Assembly (NCBI GenBank): GCA_963710935.1
Contig: CAVQCL010000028.1
Location: forward strand, 51,815-115,814
DNA: 64,000 bases
Origin: an uncultured Alphaproteobacteria bacterium
GTDB lineage: Bacteria > Pseudomonadota > Alphaproteobacteria > Rhizobiales > Rhizobiaceae
Direction: 5' to 3'
A program made the position numbers and the translations under genes. The notes under the pieces are model-generated. The model searched no databases. It saw only the letters and a list, made by a program, of their open reading frames with translations, and was not told the origin of the DNA. Below, piece after piece: positions 13,296 through 24,510 of this stretch (position 1 is the stretch's first letter; each line of letters opens with the position of its first letter).

Positions 13296-14068
13296 ATGCG
13301 AGCCCGCCTGACTGCAATTCTGCTGATCGCCGTGGCGGGATTTTTGGCTGTCTGGTATGGGCGTGACGCGATGCGACCCAGCCACCCGCCGAAACCGGAA
13401 GCCTGCCCGCCGGGTGTGAAGACCTGACTTTCGAGGGTTCGGACTTCATCACATGCACGATTGCGCCGGCTGAATACGACATAACGCTGCGCCGCACTGG
13501 GACGGACGGCAAACCGATCGAGCGGCTGGACCGGCTGCCGGTCGGCGACGAGTTTGCATTCGCCATGAATGCCGGCATGTATCACGAGGATTTTTCGCCG
13601 GTCGGGCTCTATGTCGAGGATGGCAAGGAGATCGCGCCGCTGAACACAGCCGATGCGGCGGGCAATTTCTTCATGAAGCCGAACGGGGTTTTCTTCGTCA
13701 CGAAGGATGGGAAGGTGGGCGTGCAGGAGACAACCGCCTTTGCCGCGGCGCGACCCGATGTGGCCTACGCCACGCAATCCGGTCCAATGCTTGTGACCGA
13801 TGGGAATATTCATCCACGGTTCGAACCGGACGGGCAGTCGCGCTACATCCGCAATGGGGTGGGTGTGGACGAAGCAGGCAGGGCGGTGTTCGCGATCTCA
13901 CGCGGCGACGTCAGCCTCGGCAAGTTCGCCCGGCTTTATCGCGATGCGCTGGGGTGTCGCAATGCGCTGTTCTTCGATGGCGCGATATCAGCGCTTTATG
14001 ATGGCAAGCGGTATGTGATTGGTGGGAAGTTTCCGGTCGGGCCGAGCGTGGTGGTGACGCGCAAGCTT
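13296..14068 (+). CDS. Phosphodiester glycosidase family protein (DUF2233), exported; frameshifted; 3' end runs into a repeat element
   Basis: N-terminal membrane anchor [20 protein letters not shown], then [24 protein letters not shown]...NGVFFV...ATQSGPMLV...RNGVGVD...ALFFDGAIS, matching the NAGPA-like/DUF2233 domain. Confidence 0.65.
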
Positions 14069-14230
14069 CCCTCCCCCTTGAGGGGAGGGTGGCCGCGCAG
14101 CGGCCGGGCGGGGTCGCCAGGGCAGTGCTCCGACCTCGACTCTCGAAACAGCCGCTCAGCCTTCAGAACCGACCCCACCCGGCCGGCCTTCGGCCGTCCA
14201 CCCTCCCCTCAAGGGAGGGAGCCGCCCTCA
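14067..14230. repeat. Palindromic mosaic repeat element with terminal hairpins (GGGGAGGGTGG family), copy 1
   Basis: Left end CCTCCCCCTTGAGGGGAGGGTGG and right end CCACCCTCCCCTCAAGGGAGGGAG are each self-complementary hairpins and are inverted copies of one another. The internal GGCCGGCCTTCGGCCG is a further hairpin. A second copy lies at 26043-26250 in opposite orientation. Confidence 0.55.
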
Positions 14231-14439
14231 GTACCCCCGCCGCGTCGTCTTCGAGCGTGCGCGTGTCGTCTTCTTGCGGCTAACCTGGCGTTTGGCTGGC
14301 TTCACCAGCCGCTCGATCTCTTTCGCAATGCGCTGGGACGGCGAGAGCCGCCGCCGACGGCGCTTGCCGCCGATCTTGCGCATGCCTTCATTGAGAACGG
14401 TTTTTGGACCTGTTCGATGAAATCACTGACGATCGACAT
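14231..14439 (-). CDS. Possible small highly basic protein (hypothetical); frame uncertain
   Basis: Minus-strand ATG at 14439 gives MSIVSDFIEQVQKPF...; the adjacent frame continues GKRRRRRLSPSQRIAKEIERLVKPAKRQVSRKKTTRARSKTTRRG. No family recognised; may be non-coding. Confidence 0.2.
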
Positions 14440-14474
14440 TCGTAGGCTTCCGCTTTGTTCCATTCATCTGGATG

Positions 14475-15098
14475 TTACGACGTGAGCCGGCTGGCAATCC
14501 AGGGGTGACCGACGCAATCAACTAAGTCGTTGAACAGAACTGCCTCCCAGCCGGCAGCCTGCGCAGCACGCACCACCGATGGTGAGTTATCGAAGAATAG
14601 TGGCGGTTCCGATTGTGGTCCTATCAGAGCGTTGACCTTCTCGTAGAATTCCGGACTTTTCTTTCCGACGCCGAAGCGGGCGGCATAAAACATGTCATCG
14701 AAATAGTGCCGCAAGCCGACGGTATCCCAAAGATGAAATGCGCGGACATGTTCCTGATTGGTAGCGATAAAGAGCCGTATCCTCGCGCCGCGCAGGCGCC
14801 GGACGAGTTCAAGGAGTTGCAGGTTGAGGTGGACGTCGCGCGTCAGCCAGTAGGTCAAGAAATCCAGGGAAGAGCCGGGATAGCCGATGGTCGGCAGGAA
14901 GTCGTCGAGGGCAGCAATAAGCGAGTTGCGGCCTTCGATGATGTCAATGAAGCGTTCATCGAAGAACGGTTGCAGCGCTTCCTGCGACACGCCGAGATCT
15001 TCCAGAAGATGCTGATCCCATCGTCTGCGGCGGGCAGGATCAGGATGGAACAGGCTGTGGATCAGAACGCCGTCGACGTCGAACAGTATGGCGCGCAA
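14475..15098 (-). CDS. HAD-family hydrolase
   Basis: MRAILFDVDGVL (motif I DxDG), ...LFIATNQ (motif II), ...GKKSPEFY...FFDNSPSVV (motifs III/IV). Intact 207 aa. Confidence 0.75.
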   Translation of the reverse strand: MRAILFDVDGVLIHSLFHPDPARRRRWDQHLLEDLGVSQEALQPFFDERFIDIIEGRNSLIAALDDFLPTIGYPGSSLDFLTYWLTRDVHLNLQLLELVRRLRGARIRLFIATNQEHVRAFHLWDTVGLRHYFDDMFYAARFGVGKKSPEFYEKVNALIGPQSEPPLFFDNSPSVVRAAQAAGWEAVLFNDLVDCVGHPWIASRLTS

Positions 15099-15100
15099 GA

Positions 15101-15334
15101 CTACTCCGGCACGCTGGTTTGCAGCGCCAGCGCATGCAGCACGCCGCCCATATTGCCCTTCAGCGCGTTGTAGACCATCTGGTGTTGCTGGACCCGGCTC
15201 TTGCCGCGGAAACTCTCGGCCACGACTTCTGCCGCATAGTGATCGCCGTCGCCGGCGAGGTCGCGGATCGTCACGACGGCATCCGGAATGCCTTCCTTGA
15301 TCAGTTTTTCGATGTCGTGTGCGTCCATCGCCAT
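15101..15334 (-). CDS. bolA: BolA-family protein
   Basis: 77-aa product ...HYAAEVVAESFRGKSRVQQHQMVYNAL carries the BolA signature. Conserved grxD-bolA-purL neighbourhood. Confidence 0.8.
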   Translation of the reverse strand: MAMDAHDIEKLIKEGIPDAVVTIRDLAGDGDHYAAEVVAESFRGKSRVQQHQMVYNALKGNMGGVLHALALQTSVPE

Positions 15335-15347
15335 TGAGGTACCTCGT

Positions 15348-17588
15348 CTAGGCGGCCATGAAGGCGGGGAACCACGATTCGTGCGCCGCCTTCAGTTCGG
15401 CTACGGGTATCGCACGCGACCTGCCGAGCTTCAAGGACGAGCCGCCCGTCTCGCCGATCCACACCAGCCCGATATTGGCGTCCATCGCCTCCTGCCAGAT
15501 CGGGTCCATCGCCTCGCCCTGCGGGTCGATGTTGAGGGTCAGCACATAGCGGCCCTGATCCTCGCCGAACCAGACTTTTACCGGGTCGGCCTCCAGCACC
15601 CACGGGATCTGTGCGCCGATGTCGGACGCGATCGCCATTTCGGCGAGCGCAACGCCAAGCCCGCCGTCGGAGACGTCATGGGCGGCGGAAACGATGCCGC
15701 TGCGGATCAACCGGCGGACAAAATCGCCGGTCTGGCGTTCCATATAGAGATCGACCGGCGGCGGCGGGCCGTCGGCGCGATTGTGCAGGTCGCGCAGATA
15801 GATCGACTGGCCGAGATGCGTGCCCCAATGTTTCGGTGCGCCGACCAGCAGGATCGCCTGCTTCGGCGCGGCAAAGCCGATGCGGGCCATCTTCGACCAG
15901 TCGTCGATCAGCCCGACGCCGCCGATGGTCGGCGTGGGCAAAATGCCCTGGCCGTTGGTCTCGTTGTAGAGCGAGACGTTGCCGGAGACGATCGGGAAAT
16001 CCAGCGCCTTGCAGGCCTCGCCGATGCCTTTGATGGCATGCACGAGCTGGCCCATGATCTCGGGGCGCTCCGGATTGCCGAAGTTGAGATTGTCGGTGGC
16101 TGCCAAGGGCAGCGCGCCGGTGGCGGTTAGGTTGCGCCAGCATTCGGCGACCGCCTGCTTGCCGCCTTCATAGGGATCGGCCTCGCAATAGCGCGGCGTG
16201 ACGTCGGACGAGAAGGCCAGCGCCTTGGTGGCATGACCCTCGACGCGCACGACGCCGGAATCGCCGCCCGGCCGGATCAGGGAATTGCCCTGGATCAGCG
16301 TGTCGTATTGTTCGTACACCCAGCGGCGGGAAGAGAGGTCCGGGCTTGCCAGCAGTTTCAACAGCGCATCGGCCACATCGGCTTGCGGCGCATCCTCGTC
16401 GGCGAGCGCAGCGCGCTTCTTCGGTTCGACCCAAGGCCGGTCATATTCCGGCGCCTGGTCGCCAAGGTCCTTGATCGGCAGGTTGGCGACTTCTTCGCCC
16501 TGATGGATGATGCGGAAGCGCAGATCGTCGGTGGTCTCGCCGACGATGGCGAAGTCGAGCCCCCATTTGACGAAGATCGCCTCGGCTTCTTTCTCCTTCT
16601 CGGGCCTGAGCACCATGAGCATGCGCTCCTGGCTTTCCGACAGCATCATCTCATAGGCCGACATGCGCTCCTCGCGCACCGGCACCTTGTCGAGGTCCAA
16701 ACGGATGCCGAGGTCGCCCTTGGCGCCCATCTCGACGGCGGAGCAGGTGAGGCCGGCCGCGCCCATGTCCTGGATGGCGATCACGGCGCCCGACGCCATC
16801 AGTTCGAGGCAGGCTTCCAGCAGGCATTTTTCGGTGAATGGGTCGCCGACCTGCACGGTCGGGCGCTTTTCCTCGATCTTGTCGTCGAATTCGGCCGAGG
16901 CCATCGTCGCGCCGCCGACGCCGTCGCGGCCGGTCTTGGCGCCGAGATAGACGACCGGCAGGCCCACGCCTTCGGCCTTCGAGTAAAAGATGCCGTCGGT
17001 CTTGGCGAGACCGGCGGCAAAGGCGTTGACCAGGCAATTGCCATTGTAGCGGGCGTCGAAATTCACTTCGCCGCCGACCGTCGGCACGCCGAAGGAATTG
17101 CCGTAGCCGCCGACGCCGGCGACGACACCGGCCACGAGGTGTTTGGTCTTCGGATGGTCCGGCGCGCCGAAGCGCAGCGCGTTCATCGCCGCGATCGGCC
17201 GCGCGCCCATGGTGAAGACGTCGCGCAAAATGCCGCCGACGCCGGTCGCGGCACCCTGATAGGGCTCGATATAGGAGGGATGGTTGTGGCTCTCCATCTT
17301 GAAGACGACGCAATCGCCGTCGCCGATATCGACCACGCCGGCGTTTTCGCCGGGACCCTGGATGACGCGCGGACCGGTAGTCGGCAGGGTGCGCAGCCAT
17401 TTCTTCGAGCTCTTGTACGAGCAGTGCTCGTTCCACATGGCCGAAAAGATGCCTAGCTCGGTGAAACTCGGCTCACGGCCGATCAGATCGAGAATGCGCT
17501 GGTATTCGTCCGGCTTCAGGCCATGCGCCTTGATCAGCTCGTCGGTGATTTTCACGGTGTTGGGGATCGTCATGTCGGCGGGCGCCAT
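15348..17588 (-). CDS. purL: Phosphoribosylformylglycinamidine synthase subunit PurL
   Basis: Intact 746-aa ORF with ...[10 protein letters not shown]..., [25 protein letters not shown] and AIQDMGAAG motifs diagnostic of small-type PurL. Confidence 0.95.
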   Translation of the reverse strand: MAPADMTIPNTVKITDELIKAHGLKPDEYQRILDLIGREPSFTELGIFSAMWNEHCSYKSSKKWLRTLPTTGPRVIQGPGENAGVVDIGDGDCVVFKMESHNHPSYIEPYQGAATGVGGILRDVFTMGARPIAAMNALRFGAPDHPKTKHLVAGVVAGVGGYGNSFGVPTVGGEVNFDARYNGNCLVNAFAAGLAKTDGIFYSKAEGVGLPVVYLGAKTGRDGVGGATMASAEFDDKIEEKRPTVQVGDPFTEKCLLEACLELMASGAVIAIQDMGAAGLTCSAVEMGAKGDLGIRLDLDKVPVREERMSAYEMMLSESQERMLMVLRPEKEKEAEAIFVKWGLDFAIVGETTDDLRFRIIHQGEEVANLPIKDLGDQAPEYDRPWVEPKKRAALADEDAPQADVADALLKLLASPDLSSRRWVYEQYDTLIQGNSLIRPGGDSGVVRVEGHATKALAFSSDVTPRYCEADPYEGGKQAVAECWRNLTATGALPLAATDNLNFGNPERPEIMGQLVHAIKGIGEACKALDFPIVSGNVSLYNETNGQGILPTPTIGGVGLIDDWSKMARIGFAAPKQAILLVGAPKHWGTHLGQSIYLRDLHNRADGPPPPVDLYMERQTGDFVRRLIRSGIVSAAHDVSDGGLGVALAEMAIASDIGAQIPWVLEADPVKVWFGEDQGRYVLTLNIDPQGEAMDPIWQEAMDANIGLVWIGETGGSSLKLGRSRAIPVAELKAAHESWFPAFMAA

Positions 17589-17678
17589 CCGTTGCGGGTT
17601 GCGCGCTCCTTAGCGCATGGATGCGGGCGGGATACACCGGGTGAGGGGCGTTTTTCAGGGAAAATAGTGCCGCAGGCG

Positions 17679-19099
17679 CTACTCGTAGCTCGCATAGCCC
17701 GCGCGGCCTTCGTCGAGCAGCCGGCGGACCGTTGCGAGACCTTCGGACACCTCGGCGCGCGAAGGCTGCGAGATGCCAAAGCGGATTCGGTGCACGGTCT
17801 GCTCGGAACGGCCAGCCTTGAACTCGTCTTCGTCGTCGACCAGCACGCCACTCTTGTAAGCCGCGTTCTTGAACGTGCCGGACAGCCAGGGGTCAGGCAG
17901 GGACAGCCAGACAAAGGGGATGTTCGGGCAGGAGTTGAAGTCGCAGCCGGCAAAGGTCTGGCGCATGATGCCGAGCCGTACATTGATCTCGGTCACGGAA
18001 TTTCGCGTGATCTCGGTCGCTTGGCCGGAAAGGACAAGCCGTGCGCTGATTTCCGCCAGCAGAAACGGCATGCCGCCCGAGACGAGCTTGTGCGCGACGC
18101 GGATGCGGTGGCGATAGGCCGGCGGACAGGAGAGCCAGCCGCCGCGAATGCCGGCCGCAACCGACTTCGACAATCCGCCGATGACGATGGTGCGCTCCGG
18201 CGCGAATTCGGCCAGCAGCGGCGTCGCATCATCGGCCATGTGGCCGTAGAGATCGTCTTCGATCAGCAGCACGTTATAGGCTCGCGCCACGCGCGCGATC
18301 GCCTCGCGCCGGGCGGCCGTCATGATGACGGCGGTCGGATTGTGGGCTGTCGGCATGAGAAATGCCGCTTTCGGATGTTTTTGCGCGCAGACCCGTTCGA
18401 AATCGTCCGCGTCCATGCCTTCGGCATCGGACTGGACGAGTGTTGGGCGCCGCCCGATCAGCGAAGCGCCGCGCGCCACCTGCGAATAGGTGAGGTGCTC
18501 GAAGACGACCTGGTCGCCGGGGGCGGTCAGCGCCGCGATCGTTGCAATCGCGCCGGCATGCACGCCGAGCGTCGGCATGATCGTATCCGGGGCAGGGCGG
18601 AAACCGTTGCGCGCGAGCCACTGGCTGCCGGCGGCGAACCAGTGGTCCGGAAAAACGCGCGAATAGCTGGACAGCTTCTCAGGGTTCTGTCGTGCCGCCT
18701 CAGCCAGCAAGCGCGGCTACGATTTCACCTTGGCCGACATCCGGCGCGCCAGTTGAATCGAACCGGATCTTGTCGGCCGGCGCATCGATCAAGCGCGTGC
18801 CGTCGACGCGAGCGGCCGGATCATTGGCCGGAACAAGCTGCGCGGCCGACTGCCGCGTCAAGCACATAGGTGCCGCGGCCGACCTCGCCGCTGACCAGCC
18901 CGCGCTCGCGCAGCAGCGAATAGGCGCGGCCGACCGTACCCACGGTGGTGCGCAGGTCGAAGGCGAGGTCGCGCTGCGGCGGCAGTTTTGCGCCAGCCGG
19001 CATGGAGCCGGCATCGATCTCGGCTTCGATGCTGTCGGCAAGCCGCTGATAGAGCGGACCGGCGTTGCCTTCGGAGAGGTTGGGGAGCCAATTTGTCAT
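17679..19099 (-). CDS. MocR-family transcriptional regulator (GntR wHTH + PLP aminotransferase-like domain); frameshifted in linker
   Basis: N-terminal HTH MTNWLPNLSEGNAGPLYQRLADSIEAEIDAGSMPAGAKLPPQRDLAFDLRTTVGTVGRAYSLLRERGLV (GntR-type). The C-terminal 343-aa fold-type I aminotransferase-like domain carries the PLP-lysine region ...IVIGGLSKSVAAGIRGGWL. Confidence 0.75.
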
Positions 19100-19193
19100 G
19101 GTGACAAGTTTGTATATTGCACCAATTTGAGAGTCAATGCATAGGGAAATCGATGGGAGAGACAGATACAATTTAGGATGAAGGGCATCACAA

Positions 19194-19397
19194 ATGAGTA
19201 CAATTGATACAAGTTCCCACCGGCCTCGTCACCACGCTAGCCATGGCGGGCGGTCGATGGTTTCCTGGATGTGGGCAGCAATGGAACGGCGCAGAAGCCG
19301 GCTGGATCTGCTCGGACTGACAAACGCTCAGCTCGAAGACATCGGCATCTCGCCGCAGATGGCGCGTCGCGAGGGCTTGAGGCCTTTCTGGGAATGA
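19194..19397 (+). CDS. DUF1127 domain-containing small protein
   Basis: 67-aa product ...WMWAAMERRRSRLDLLGLTNAQLEDIGISPQMARREGLRPFWE matches the YjiS/DUF1127 consensus (RxxLxxLxDxxLxDIGIsR...), common in Rhizobiales. Confidence 0.7.
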   Translation: MSTIDTSSHRPRHHASHGGRSMVSWMWAAMERRRSRLDLLGLTNAQLEDIGISPQMARREGLRPFWE

Positions 19398-19422
19398 GCC
19401 GGTGTCCCTGTAACACCATCTT

Positions 19423-19448
19423 CTTGATGGGTGACAATTATCTGATTG
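19423..19448. promoter_or_regulatory. Perfect 10-bp inverted repeat GGGTGACAAT-N6-ATTGTCACCC in an AT-rich island upstream of the MFS/GPH transporter gene
   Basis: Seen directly in the sequence. It sits in a locally AT-rich 60-bp island within a ~65% GC genome, 125 bp upstream of the 19575 start; operator-like. Confidence 0.3.
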
Positions 19449-19574
19449 TCACCCATTTTCATTAGAGCCGGCCCACACACTCCCTTGTCTTCGCATTTTC
19501 ATCGACAGACGCCCCGATACGAAACCATTATCGGCCGCCCCTCGTGAAGAGGTGGCAGGCAATCACGGGACAGT

Positions 19575-20904
19575 TTGTTGACGGGTCGGCTAAAACGGCG
19601 AACTTTGATCTTCTATGCGCTACCCGCCGCACCGTTGGCGGCCTTGTCGCTGCCGCTCTATATCATCGTGCCGACATTTTACGCCGAGACGCTCGGCCTT
19701 TCGCTGGCTGCGGTCGGCACGGCGCTACTTGCCGTTCGGATCGTCGATGCGGTGACTGATCCGCTGATCGGCTGGTTTGCGGATCGATGGCGACCGCGCT
19801 TCGGCCGGCGGCGCAGTCTGTTTGCACTGGCCCTGCCGGTCGCGGGGCTCGCCGCGCTGATGCTGTTCTGGCCGCCGCTCCAGCCTGGTTCAGCCTACCT
19901 GTTCGGCTGGGGCACGCTGCTGTCGCTGTCGTTTACCGCGCTGTTGCTCTCCTATACCGCCTGGGGCGCGGAACTTGCAGGCGATTATCGCGAACGGTCG
20001 CGCATCACCGGCTACCGCGAAGCCCTCACCCTGGTCGGCACGCTGGTCGCTATCGCACTGCCATTTGCCGTCGGCATCGACACCGCGCAAGGGCTGCACG
20101 GCCTTGCCGTCCTTGGCATTGTCGTCGCGGCTGGGCTGCTACTCCTGGGCGGCTTGGCGGTCTGGCGCGTGCCCGAGCCGAAGGAATACACGCTGGCCGA
20201 CCTGTCCTTGGCGTCGGGGCTTGCGCATATGGCGCGAAACCGGCCGTTCGTGCGGCTGATCCTCGCCTATTTCATCAATGGGCTGGCGAACGGCATCCCG
20301 GCCACGCTGTTCCTTTATTTCGTCTCTCAGCGGCTCGGCGCGCCGGAGGCACGAGGGCCGCTGCTTTTCCTCTTTTTCCTGGCCGGCCTGGCCGGTGTGC
20401 CACTCGCGGTGTGGCTAGCGGCGCGGCTCGGCAAACACCGGGCATGGTGCGTGGCGATGCTCGTTAACTGCGGGGTTTTTGCGCTGGCTCCGCTTCTGGC
20501 GCCCGGCGACATCTGGCCATTCGCAGCGATTTGCGTGGTGACCGGCATCTGCCTGGGTTTCGACCTCGCGCTGCCGGCTGCGATCCAGGCCGACGTCATC
20601 GATGTCGATACCGCAGCGTCCGGCGAGCAACGATCGGGGCTTTACTTCGCGGCGTGGAGCCTTGCGACGAAACTGTCGCTGGCCGTGGCGGTCGGCATCG
20701 TCTTTCCGCTGTTGGCTCTTGCCGGCTTCGACGCCGCGCCCGATGCGCGAGAATTCGGAACAGGCTCTGGGAGCCCTGGTCGCGATCTATGTCTGGCTGC
20801 CCATCGTGATGAAGCTGCTGGCCGTTGCGCTCATGTGGCGCTTTCCGCTCGATGAAGCGGCGCAAGGCAGACTGCGCCAAACAATCGAAGCCCGAACCGG
20901 CTAG
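19575..20904 (+). CDS. MFS transporter, glycoside-pentoside-hexuronide (GPH) cation symporter family; frameshift near 20750
   Basis: ...LIFYALPAAPLAALSLPLYIIVPTFYAETLGLSLAAVGTALLAVRIVDAVTDPLIGWFADR is the GPH-family N-terminal signature (D-x-x-D-P); ~12 TM. Confidence 0.7.
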
Positions 20905-21722
20905 TCACTTCGGCTTGCGGCCGTTGGCCAGCGGCCGTGTCTTCCAGCCCGTGGCGCGGTTGATGAACCAGAAGCGCAAAGGCTGCGGCATCATGCGCAG
21001 GATCTTCAGGAACCAGGTGAAGCGTTTTGGAAAATTGACTTCGAAGCCGCCGCTGCGGATCGCCTGCGCCAGGCGGTCCGACGCCTTGTCCACCGGCATC
21101 AGCGCCGGCATGGAAAACGAGTTCTTCTGCGTCAGCGGCGTGTCGATGAAGCCGGGGTTCACGACCTGAATGCGGATGTTCAGCTTGTCGAAGTCGTATT
21201 TCAGGGCTTCGGCGAAATTGTTCAACGCGGCCTTGGATGCGCCATAGGCCGAGGCAGAGGGCCAGCCGAAATAGGATGAGGCCGAGCCGACCAGCACGAC
21301 CTGTCCTCGACCGCGCTCGCGCATGCGCTCGACCACAGGCACCAGCCCGTAAACGACGCCGAACAGGTTGATCTGGAAAGTGTTGACGACGTTGAGTACG
21401 TCGAGCCGCTCGCCGCGCGTCGGGAAATAATTGCCGGCATTGTAGACCGCGAGCACGATCGGTCCGGCTTCCTTCTCGATCGCGGCGACCGTTTTCAGCA
21501 TCGCGTCTTCGTCGGTGACATCGCAGGGGAAGGGGATGGCGTGGCCGGACAGCGATCGCGTCTCATCAGCCACGGTGGCCAGCCGTTCCTCATCGCGCGC
21601 CGTCACCGCGACGGTGTAGCCTTGGCGGCACAGGTCGATCGCCAGCGCCCGGCCAATGCCGGTGCTTGCCCCCGTAATCCACGCGACGCCGTCCTTCGGA
21701 TCGGCTCGATATAGCCCCATGC
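20905..21722 (-). CDS. SDR-family oxidoreductase
   Basis: WITGASTGIGRALA (TGxxxGxG), NAG, and ...SASAYGASKAAL (YxxxK) motifs. Shares the palindromic CTAG stop with the convergent MFS gene. Confidence 0.8.
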
Positions 21723-21860
21723 TGCACCTGAGATTGTTGCTGCGCGTTGTTAGACGCTCGAAATCCCCCTGAAAACCCGCAAAAGTGAGATTTTCCATCC
21801 TTGAAACGACGGCGACGCCTTTCTAGGGTCGCGCGCGCAGTTACGAAGGAATCTTGTCGC

Positions 21861-22896
21861 ATGTTTCGCTCGGTGCTCGACGCCATTGGCAATACGCCAC
21901 TCATCCGCCTGAAGCGCGCCTCGGAGGAAACCGGGTGCGAAATCCTCGGCAAGGCGGAATTCATGAACCCCGGCCAGTCGGTGAAAGACCGCGCCGGCCT
22001 GTTTATCATCCGCGACGCCGAGAAGAAGGGTCTGCTGCGCCCGGGCGGCGTGATCGTCGAGGGAACGGCGGGCAATACCGGCATCGGGCTGACGGTCGTC
22101 GCCAAGGCGCTGGGCTATCGCACGGTGATTGTGATCCCGGACACGCAGAGCCAGGAGAAGAAGGACGCGCTGCGGCTGCTGGGCGCCGAACTGATCGAGG
22201 TGCCGGCGGTGCCCTACAAGAACCCGAACAACTACGTGAAGGTGTCCGGGCGGCTGGCGGAGCAATTGGCGAAGTCGGACCCGAACGGCGCGATCTGGGC
22301 CAACCAGTTCGATAACGTCGCCAACCGCGACGGCCATGTGCGCACCACCGCGCAGGAAATCTGGGCGCAGACCGACGGCAAGGTGGACGGCTTCGTCTCG
22401 TCCGTCGGCACGGGCGGCACGCTGGCGGGTGTTGCCGAAGGCCTCAAGGCAAAGAACAAGGACGTGAAAATCGCCATCGCCGACCCACTGGGCGCAGCAC
22501 TCTTCAGCTATTACACCGACAGGCGAGCTCAAAGCCGAAGGCAGCTCCATCACCGAAGGCATCGGGCAGGGGCGCATCACCGCCAATCTCGAAGGTTTTA
22601 CGCCTGATTTTTCCTACCAGATCCCCGATGAGGAAGCGCTGCCGATCATCTTCAACCTGCTGCAGGAGGAGGGGCTTTGCATGGGCGGCTCGACCGGCAT
22701 CAACATCGCCGGCGCGATCCGGTTGGCGCGCGACCTTGGGCCGGGCGCACACGATCGTGACCGTCCTTTGCGACTATGGCACCCGCTACCAGTCGAAACT
22801 GTTCAATCCGGAATTCCTGCGCGGCAAGAATTTGCCGGTGCCGGAGTGGATGGAGCAAACGCCGGACATTGCCGTGCCGTTCGAGAAGGTCGCGTG
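21861..22896 (+). CDS. Cysteine synthase family protein (CysK/CBS-like PLP enzyme); two frameshifts
   Basis: IGNTPLIRL...[14 protein letters not shown] (PLP-lysine motif SVKDR), [16 protein letters not shown], ...[12 protein letters not shown]. Confidence 0.75.
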
Positions 22897-23641
22897 ATGG
22901 CGCACGCCACTGAAGCGATTTTTCGCGATGACGCCTATCTGACCGGAACGGACGCCACGGTGGTTGGCGTCAATGAGCGCGGCGGCATCATCCTGAACCG
23001 CTCGGTCTTCTACGCGACGTCAGGCGGGCAGCCGGGCGATACCGGCAAGTTGATCCGCAGCGACGGCGCGGAGATTGTCATTGCAGCGACTGTGACCGGC
23101 GAAACAAAGGACGAGATCATCCACGTACCGGCGACTGGGACAGGCCTTGCCGGAAGTCGGCGAGGTGTTGCGGCTGGCGATCGACTGGGACCGGCGGTTC
23201 AAGCTGATGCGCATGCACACCGCCTGCCATTTGCTGTCGGTCGTCTGCCCGTTTCCGATCACCGGTGCTGCCGTTGCCGAGGACGATTCGCGCGTCGACT
23301 TCGACATTCCGGAGGCCGGCTACGCTAAGGAAGAGGTGACGGCGAAGCTGATGGACCTGGTGCGCGCCGATCACCGTGTGTTCATTCGCTGGATCACCGA
23401 CGAGGAACTCGCCGCCAATCCGGGACTGGTGAAGTCGAAGAATGTCCGTCCGCCGGCCGGCACGGGCCGCATCCGGCTGGTCTGCATCGGCGACGAGGCG
23501 GCGGTCGACAGCCAGCCTTGCGGCGGCACGCATGTCTCGCGCACCGGCGAGGTCGGCGAAATCCACATCGGCAAGATCGAAAAGAAAGGCCGCGAGAACC
23601 GGCGGTTTCGGATACGGTTCGGGCCTGCGCCAGCGGTTTGA
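22896..23641 (+). CDS. Alanyl-tRNA editing protein (AlaX-M type); one frameshift
   Basis: ...RSVFYATSGGQPGDTG..., the zinc motif HTACHLLS ... CGGTHV, and the threonyl/alanyl-tRNA synthetase second additional domain. Start overlaps the upstream stop (GTGATGG). Confidence 0.75.
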
Positions 23642-23659
23642 GGCGAACGGGAGCGACAA

Positions 23660-24508
23660 ATGACCGACAATCCTGCTTTCGTCTCCGCCGATTGGCTGGA
23701 AAAGCGCCTCGGCCAGCCGGGCCTCTCGATCGTCGATGGCGCCTGGTATCTGCCGTCGCAGGGGCGAAACGCCGAGCGGAGTATGAGGCGGGGCATATTC
23801 GGCGCGCGATATTCTTTGACCACGACAAGGTGGTCGATCTCGACTCCAAACTGCCGCATACGCTGCCGTCGCCGGAGGATTTTGCCCGGATCGTTGGCTC
23901 GATGGGCATCGCCGAGACCGACACGATCGTCGTCTATGACGGCCTCGGCCTGTTCTCGGCGCCGCGCTGTCGCTGGATGTTTCGCGTCATGGGCGCGGAG
24001 AAGGTGTTCATCCTGGAAGGTGGGCTGGACGGCTGGAAGCGCGAGGGCCGACCGCTGACGACGGAGCCGACCAAGATCGCGCCGAATATTTTCAACGCGA
24101 ACTTCGATGCCGCACGCGTCGCCACATTGGACGACATGCGCGAGATCGTCGCGAGCGGCTCTTCTCAGATCGCCGATGCCCGGCCCGCGGGACGATTCGA
24201 GGGCGTCGATCCAGAACCCCGTCCGGGCTTGCGCGGCGGGCATATGCCGGGAGCCAAAAGCCTGCCGTTCCCAAGCTTCTCGCGGGACGGAAAGATTCTG
24301 CCCGAAGGACGAACTGAAGCAGGCGGTCGAGGCGGCGGGGATGGACCTGTCGAAGCCGATCGTCACGTCGTGCGGGTCGGGCGTGTCGGCCGCGATCATC
24401 TCGCTGGCATTGGAAACGCTTGGACATAAGGACAATCGCCTCTATGACGGCGCCTGGGCCGAATGGGGCGGATTGCCGGATACGCCGGTCGAGAAAGGCA
24501 AGGGCTGA
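23660..24508 (+). CDS. sseA: 3-mercaptopyruvate sulfurtransferase (tandem rhodanese); frameshifted
   Basis: ...VSADWLEKRLGQPGLSIVDGAWYLP...HIRRAIFFD... and the second domain active-site loop ...IVTSCGSGVSAAI (CG[ST]GVTA-type of MST). Confidence 0.8.
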
Positions 24509-24510
24509 TA

